In this document: in pieces, positions 59,109 through 64,000 of the stretch
How positions within the stretch are numbered: the stretch's first letter is position 1
Layout of the letters: every line of letters begins with the position of its first letter
Source: an uncultured Candidatus Binatia bacterium
GTDB taxonomy: Bacteria > Desulfobacterota > Binatia > UBA9968 > CAXXLF01
Direction of reading: 5' to 3'
Assembly: GCA_965218425.1 (NCBI GenBank)
Contig: OZ244621.1
Coordinates: forward strand, 1,984,001-2,048,000
Length of the DNA: 64,000 nucleotides
Program-made: the position numbers and the translations under genes
The notes under the pieces: generated by a model
Databases searched by the model: none
What the model saw: only the letters and a program-made list of their open reading frames with translations
What the model was told of the DNA's origin: nothing

Positions 59109-60122
59109 TTATTGTTTCCCTCCTCTCCGACTCAACCTGCCGGTAATAAGCCCTACGACCACAACCGCTAAAAATAGAACCAGGGCGCGAAGCGAAATGG
59201 CTTTAGGGGGCTCTACCCCCGTTACTGAGACGACTTTTTCCGCCCTAATGGGATCCCTTCCCTTCAACTCGGCAATGCCACTGACCCTGTGGGGGGAACC
59301 GTCAACAAAGTGAAACTTGAAATTAAGATTCCCCTTAGTTTGGAGTCTCTTCAAGGAGAAAATCTGTTCCCCCTTTTCCAACTGTGTGATTGCCAGGGTA
59401 AGGTGAGTTGGGTAGGGCAATCCCGTCTTCGCTTCCGATAGCCGCCACCGAATTTGACTCAACTCTCCCACAGTGGCTGGACTTACCTCCAGTCGAACGA
59501 CAAATTCCTTATCTCCTGCCACCTTCGTCGTTGATTCTTGAGCCGTGGCGGAACAGATAATCGGCACTGACCCTACCAGAAATAGGAGGCCACCCGTTAT
59601 ACGAGATTCTCCACTCCGGAGAGTAAACAACCGTCCAACCATAACTCCGAATAAGAAGAGACCTGTGAGAAAAATCCCCAAGTAAAAAAGCTTGGTTCGG
59701 CTTTCTTTGATGGGCAGCGAAAAGACTCGCTTAGCCGTGTTTCCTACACTGTCAACTACTCCCGCCTCCAATCGGTAATCTCCGCGGATAGGAAATACGT
59801 ATTCCCATTCCACGTTCCCCGTAACAGCCGGCATTTCCATCTCCAGTAGGGGAGTCCCCTCCACCTGAGGAAAGTCTGTGGAAAAGAGCCAACCTCGAGG
59901 CGGCGCATATAGACGAATCTGAAGCTGAGACCCATCCATTGCCTTTCCAGCGCTATTGTGGAAAGTCAGAGTCAGTTTTGTCGGTTTGGTGAGGGGACGA
60001 ATGTTATCGAGACCGGGCTGGATCTGTAGATCGATCGTGTTGGCTCCCGCCTCAGTATGGGGAAAACTGAGGGGTGAGACTGCCAGAAGAAAAATTAAGA
60101 CAAGGAACCTAGTTAATGACAA
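59109..60122 (-). CDS. Hypothetical membrane protein with an internal duplication (two beta-rich extracytoplasmic domains)
   Basis: Signal-domain-TM(…VGRLF)-TM-domain-TM(…TGRLS); overlaps the cbtB-like stop. Confidence 0.7.
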   Translation of the reverse strand: MSLTRFLVLIFLLAVSPLSFPHTEAGANTIDLQIQPGLDNIRPLTKPTKLTLTFHNSAGKAMDGSQLQIRLYAPPRGWLFSTDFPQVEGTPLLEMEMPAVTGNVEWEYVFPIRGDYRLEAGVVDSVGNTAKRVFSLPIKESRTKLFYLGIFLTGLFLFGVMVGRLFTLRSGESRITGGLLFLVGSVPIICSATAQESTTKVAGDKEFVVRLEVSPATVGELSQIRWRLSEAKTGLPYPTHLTLAITQLEKGEQIFSLKRLQTKGNLNFKFHFVDGSPHRVSGIAELKGRDPIRAEKVVSVTGVEPPKAISLRALVLFLAVVVVGLITGRLSRRGGKQ

Positions 60123-60301
60123 GGAACCACTGCCAGTGCATGGCGAAAGTCATGAAGGGCATCGTGAATGGGCGGATAGGTTGCGACTATGAGGAGATAG
60201 AGGATCCCTCCAGTTAGGGCGAGAAAAAACATCGATTCCAGCAAAAATGCTAGACGTTCAGGAAACGCAATTCCAAATACTGCATCAATTGCTTTCTCCA
60301 T
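60113..60301 (-). CDS. CbtB-domain (cobalt transporter subunit) peptide
   Basis: Single TM plus the C-terminal signature HDALHDFRHALAVVPCH. Confidence 0.8.
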   Translation of the reverse strand: MEKAIDAVFGIAFPERLAFLLESMFFLALTGGILYLLIVATYPPIHDALHDFRHALAVVPCH

Positions 60302-60415
60302 GGGGCATTTCCCTCCCTTACGACGAGGCTATTTTTGCCCTAATAGGCGCTGGCTGTCAAGCAGGGGATGGGTAAATTCTTAACCCCACGGCCTTTGCTA
60401 ATAGGTATGATATTT

Positions 60416-61198
60416 TCAGTGCATCTGAAGTTTTCTAACGATTTTTCCTGCCACCGACGCATTGATCCGCCGCAAGTTGAGGCGAATCAGAAACACCTTG
60501 ACCCGATTCCGCCATCCATTAATAAGGGAAGCCTTTTTCCCCAGGCTTTTGAGCGCCTGTGTGACCACTGGTTCCACGGGCATGTCCATCACGCCCCTGA
60601 TTCCAGCAATCTGATGAAACTCTGTTCTGGTCCCTCCCGGGCACAGGGCCATTACATCCACCCCATGTTCCTTGAGTTCGTACCAAAGGCCTTCCCCCAG
60701 AGATAGATCGAAGGCCTTGGTGGCAGCGTAGTGCGTCATGTACGGTGTGGCAAGGAAGCTGGAAGTGGAGGAGACAATGATGATTCCTCCTCTTTTTCTT
60801 TTCACCATTTCCCTTCCCAGTTCGTGGGTCAAGATCAATGGGGCCCGGCAGTTCACTGCCAACATTTCGATCTCTTTTTCAAGATCGGTTTGTAGAAACG
60901 CTCCCGTTATTCCAAACCCGGCGTTGTTAATCAGAAGCCCCACATCGAGGGATTGAACGGCAGGACGAATGGCGGTCATAAAGTCCGGTCGGGCGAGGTC
61001 CACTGATAGGGTCTTTACCTCCACAGGGTGTTTTGCTTTCAACTCTGCCGCTAATTTATCCAACCTGTCTTGTCGCCGTGCGACCAGAATCAGATTGAGT
61101 CCTTCTCTGGAGAGTTGGCGGGCAAATTCGGCCCCTATGCCTGCAGAGGCACCGGTAATGAGAGCCCAGGGTCCATATTTTTCTCTAATTGAATTCAT
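60416..61198 (-). CDS. SDR family oxidoreductase
   Basis: YGPWALITGASAGIG, NNAG, YAATK. Confidence 0.92.
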   Translation of the reverse strand: MNSIREKYGPWALITGASAGIGAEFARQLSREGLNLILVARRQDRLDKLAAELKAKHPVEVKTLSVDLARPDFMTAIRPAVQSLDVGLLINNAGFGITGAFLQTDLEKEIEMLAVNCRAPLILTHELGREMVKRKRGGIIIVSSTSSFLATPYMTHYAATKAFDLSLGEGLWYELKEHGVDVMALCPGGTRTEFHQIAGIRGVMDMPVEPVVTQALKSLGKKASLINGWRNRVKVFLIRLNLRRINASVAGKIVRKLQMH

Positions 61199-61339
61199 GG
61201 AAAGCGAAGATATTGCCCGCCAAGACGCGAAGCTCGCAAAGAGAGTTCTTCTTTAAAAAATTGGCGTTCTTTGCGTGTTTGCGCGAGTTGTCTTTTTCTG
61301 ATTTCATAAATTGCATTCAACGGACGATTTCGAATATGG

Positions 61340-61906
61340 TTACGTTTTGAACCCAGCGAACAGAGGTAACGGGTAAAGGACATGGTCGCCGTCTATTCGG
61401 GCCTCTGCTGTGAGCTTATGGGACTGGAGTCTCCCAGGGTCCATGATGTGTTGAGAGGTGATGTCCCGGGCGAGGAGATGATCGCACAAGAGGCGCCGGT
61501 GGCATTTCCAGAAGAGCTTCTCTGCGCACATGATCGTTGTCCGCTGACTTCTAACGAATCCAAGTAGGTCTTCGATGCCCTGGCGAAATTCTTGGGTTAA
61601 CATGTGATCGGCGTAGTTACGAAAGGCAGTATTCTCAAGTGCCTGATTAGGGGAGGGTGTTTTACCCACAGTAGGTCGGCGTCCCCCCAGAGGCTCTAAC
61701 CAAGAATATCCGATGTTGTTACGGTCTAGTTCTTCTTCCAGGCTACCACCATTGAAATGAGAGAACTCCCTTGAGATGGGGAAACGTCGGATATCTACCA
61801 GGGCCCGGATCTCGAATTCCTTCAACAGGGCGAGAAAATCCGCCAGGGACCGGTTGGAGTGTCCAATGGTGAAAATCTCAATGCTTGTGGGATCGGTGGT
61901 TTTCAA
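61340..61906 (-). CDS. DUF488 family protein
   Basis: FTIGHS, LVDIRRFP.S, LGGRR, MCAE...WKCHR. Confidence 0.88.
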   Translation of the reverse strand: MKTTDPTSIEIFTIGHSNRSLADFLALLKEFEIRALVDIRRFPISREFSHFNGGSLEEELDRNNIGYSWLEPLGGRRPTVGKTPSPNQALENTAFRNYADHMLTQEFRQGIEDLLGFVRSQRTTIMCAEKLFWKCHRRLLCDHLLARDITSQHIMDPGRLQSHKLTAEARIDGDHVLYPLPLFAGFKT

Positions 61907-62207
61907 AAATTTAGGGGTGAACTAATATTAGCCCGCAGGGGTGAAATCTGTCAATTGACCGCTGTAGGCAAAACCCTCATCCTACACCAGGGGGTGATGA
62001 GCCATAGACGTATACAGCCACTCCTACCAGGAGCGGTGCCCAGAGTCTGCCGCCAGATCAGGTGGGTTGGTATTTTTTCTCGGGTGTATCCGCCATGTTA
62101 AGCCTCTATCCCTTGGAACAGGTGGCGTCAGATGAAGGTTCCCATGCGGTTCGATCCTGATCACTATTGCTCCAAAGCTCTCACAATCATGCGGGTTGAG
62201 ACATGGG

Positions 62208-62498
62208 CTAGCGGGTCCGGTTGTACTCGTAATCCTCGCGCTCGGCTCTGCCCACCCGAAGCTCGGGTAACAGCGAAGGACGGGTTTGGTTCAGTTTTGC
62301 GTGGGCGTCCAGAGCTGCCTGATCAGTCCAGCGCTCCAGCAGAACCAATTTGTCGGGATTCACCACGTTCTGCAAGGCCTCGAATTGTTCACAGCCGGGC
62401 TCTTTCATAATCTCTGCGCAGCGAGCACGATACGCTTGCGCCAGCTCTGAACCTTTCCCCGGTGCCGCTGTGATCGTTACAATAAGTCGAACCGCCAT
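62208..62498 (-). CDS. Antibiotic biosynthesis monooxygenase (ABM) family protein
   Basis: A.PGK, EPGC, LLERW....AL.AH. Confidence 0.85.
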   Translation of the reverse strand: MAVRLIVTITAAPGKGSELAQAYRARCAEIMKEPGCEQFEALQNVVNPDKLVLLERWTDQAALDAHAKLNQTRPSLLPELRVGRAEREDYEYNRTR

Positions 62499-62596
62499 AA
62501 AGTCTCCTCCGTGTGCTGATGGTCGGCGAGATTTTCTGCAAGGGAGCGGGTTTGAACAGGTGAATTAAGCCTCTCTGCTGAAATTTGTCAAGACGT

Positions 62597-63355
62597 CTAA
62601 GCCTGATCCTGCACACCAACGCTCCCGCGATATGATAGCAAAAAACACCAGACGGCGAGCGATGCCAACAGATGCTTCATGGAATGACCGCTTATGGTTC
62701 CCGTTGCTTCGAAAATCCACACGTCAAAGTGTTCGGCGATTTTTGACAATACGTAGGTAACCAACATCCACCACAAGAACGACGATCGCAAGCTCCCCGA
62801 GGGGTATAAGATAAGAATCAGCGGTATGAGCACCATGGGGAGAAATTGGACAAGACCGTAAGCTCGCAGATCACCGTTGCCTTGTAATTCCGAGAGATGC
62901 CAATATCCCACGGACGCTGCACCTACGACGATCAGCGGCCAAAGAAGAATTTTTCCGGCACGACTCGATACGCGATTTTCAATGATTGTTGAGAACAGGG
63001 CCATGAAGACAATGGTCATAGGCAGGCGGTCCCAGGTCAGGGTTGGCGTTGACGGTGCCAGGTGATAGTAAGCCGAGCCCATCCCCACCAAAACTACACC
63101 AAGGCAAACGATCAAATATCCCGTCCGTAGCGCAGCTGCTTGAGAACGTCTCGGCAGCCCAAATAAGCCTACCAGGACAAAGGGTATGTTGGTGACGACA
63201 TTGCAAAAGTTTGAAACGGCAAAGAGGATGCGATCATCGGCAAACCGATGGTAAGCAGGGTCTTGGGGTATCCGTGGTATAAATAGCAAACCGATCACCG
63301 CCACCGCCGCAATGGTCAAAACGATCCACAGTCTCCATCCGTCGCGTGGGTCCAT
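62597..63355 (-). CDS. Ceramidase-domain (CREST) membrane protein
   Basis: PQD..YH.FAD.R, N...N, GS.YYH, WDRLPM, GDLR.Y..VQF, SGH.MKH. Confidence 0.85.
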   Translation of the reverse strand: MDPRDGWRLWIVLTIAAVAVIGLLFIPRIPQDPAYHRFADDRILFAVSNFCNVVTNIPFVLVGLFGLPRRSQAAALRTGYLIVCLGVVLVGMGSAYYHLAPSTPTLTWDRLPMTIVFMALFSTIIENRVSSRAGKILLWPLIVVGAASVGYWHLSELQGNGDLRAYGLVQFLPMVLIPLILILYPSGSLRSSFLWWMLVTYVLSKIAEHFDVWIFEATGTISGHSMKHLLASLAVWCFLLSYRGSVGVQDQA

Positions 63356-63357
63356 CT

Positions 63358-63876
63358 CTACTCTAAAATCAGATTACGTCCGCCCAAGAAGATTACCCCA
63401 ATAACCACGGTGAGCCGGTGAATAATGACCGGTGACCAAAGGGAAATCGAGTAAATATAGGACAAACTGCGGGCCATGCCCAGACAAGACCCCACAACAA
63501 GAAAATACGGATCTAAAAAGAGTTCCCGGGCGCCTTTGTTGATGGTAAGCGCATTGAGGGGATGCCATGCAACGAATAATGTTGAGCTTATGAGTGACAT
63601 CACCAGGACATATTTAGATCCTCTTCTTTTGGCATTATTGGGAATTAATAGTCCGCGAAAGAAGGATTCTTCGAAGAATGCGGGAAATACAAAAGCGTGA
63701 AAGGCAAGAAGAAGGCAAAGCTCGAATCGATCACATGTAGCTTGAACAAACCAGAGTTCAGGCCCACGATGGCTGCTATCAAACCGTGTATGATTAAGGT
63801 AGCAACCATAGAAAACTTTACCGAACGCAGGGGGGGTAATCCCGGCCACGTAATTGTTTCTCTGGTATTCTCTCAT
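63358..63876 (-). CDS. CPBP (CAAX/Abi) intramembrane protease; may carry two compensating frameshifts
   Basis: FEE.FFRG, F..WH, IH motifs; ATG 63876 overlaps the upstream stop. Confidence 0.7.
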   Translation of the reverse strand: MREYQRNNYVAGITPPAFGKVFYGCYLNHTRFDSSHRGPELWFVQATCDRFELCLLLAFHAFVFPAFFEESFFRGLLIPNNAKRRGSKYVLVMSLISSTLFVAWHPLNALTINKGARELFLDPYFLVVGSCLGMARSLSYIYSISLWSPVIIHRLTVVIGVIFLGGRNLILE

Positions 63877-64000
63877 GGTGAGCGGGTTGCTAACCAAAAT
63901 GCCCATGGGCATATAAGTGCCGCGACAATCATGCCCAACCATGAAGCCCACATGGCAAACCACCAGGGCCTAAGTTGAAAGGCCCAGCTGTTCACAACGC
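63873..64000 (-). CDS. C-terminal end of a membrane protein (partial)
   Basis: VVNSWAFQLRPWWFAMWASWLGMIVAALICPWAFWLATRSP*; stop overlaps the next start (ATGA). Confidence 0.5.
   Translation of the reverse strand, partial: VVNSWAFQLRPWWFAMWASWLGMIVAALICPWAFWLATRSP

Noticed and set aside
60302..60415. Cobalamin riboswitch expected upstream of cbtB
   Set aside because: The gap is too short and has no B12-box

Overview
This is a bacterial chromosomal window of moderately high GC. Its gene content resembles uncultured Deltaproteobacteria/Binatota-type genomes, but that taxonomy is inferred only. Most of it is catabolic paralogs: 4 amidohydrolases, 2 Rieske oxygenases plus a remnant, a phthalate-type dihydrodiol dehydrogenase and decarboxylase, a TTT transporter, a hydantoinase/acetone-carboxylase-like trio, a Mo-hydroxylase large subunit and ThDP enzymes. 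Housekeeping genes include msrA, cobB, gshB, rsmE, prmA and tRNA-Phe. There are two apparently intact IS3-family elements, several pseudogenes and a mobile-element graveyard at about 52-57 kb. The most notable signals are: (1) a hidden, probably exported MsrA-like selenoprotein (590-1222), with an in-frame TGA at the catalytic Cys position and a SECIS-like hairpin; (2) a co-oriented cluster (17.3-20.5 kb) of a DAHP-synthase paralog and an IspH paralog that keep their metal ligands but have lost phosphate-binding or catalytic residues, plus an MBL hydrolase and an Asp-ligated 2Fe-2S ferredoxin, which may be an undescribed pathway; (3) a dispersed palindromic repeat family with paired hairpins whose loops are complementary; (4) GGGGTCAG REP-like inverted repeats tied to a decayed RAYT, one copy split by an IS3 and one pair bracketing 1.3 kb of cargo; (5) a CbtB peptide coupled to an internally duplicated membrane protein rather than to CbtA. 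All calls come from manual motif recognition; no searches were run.
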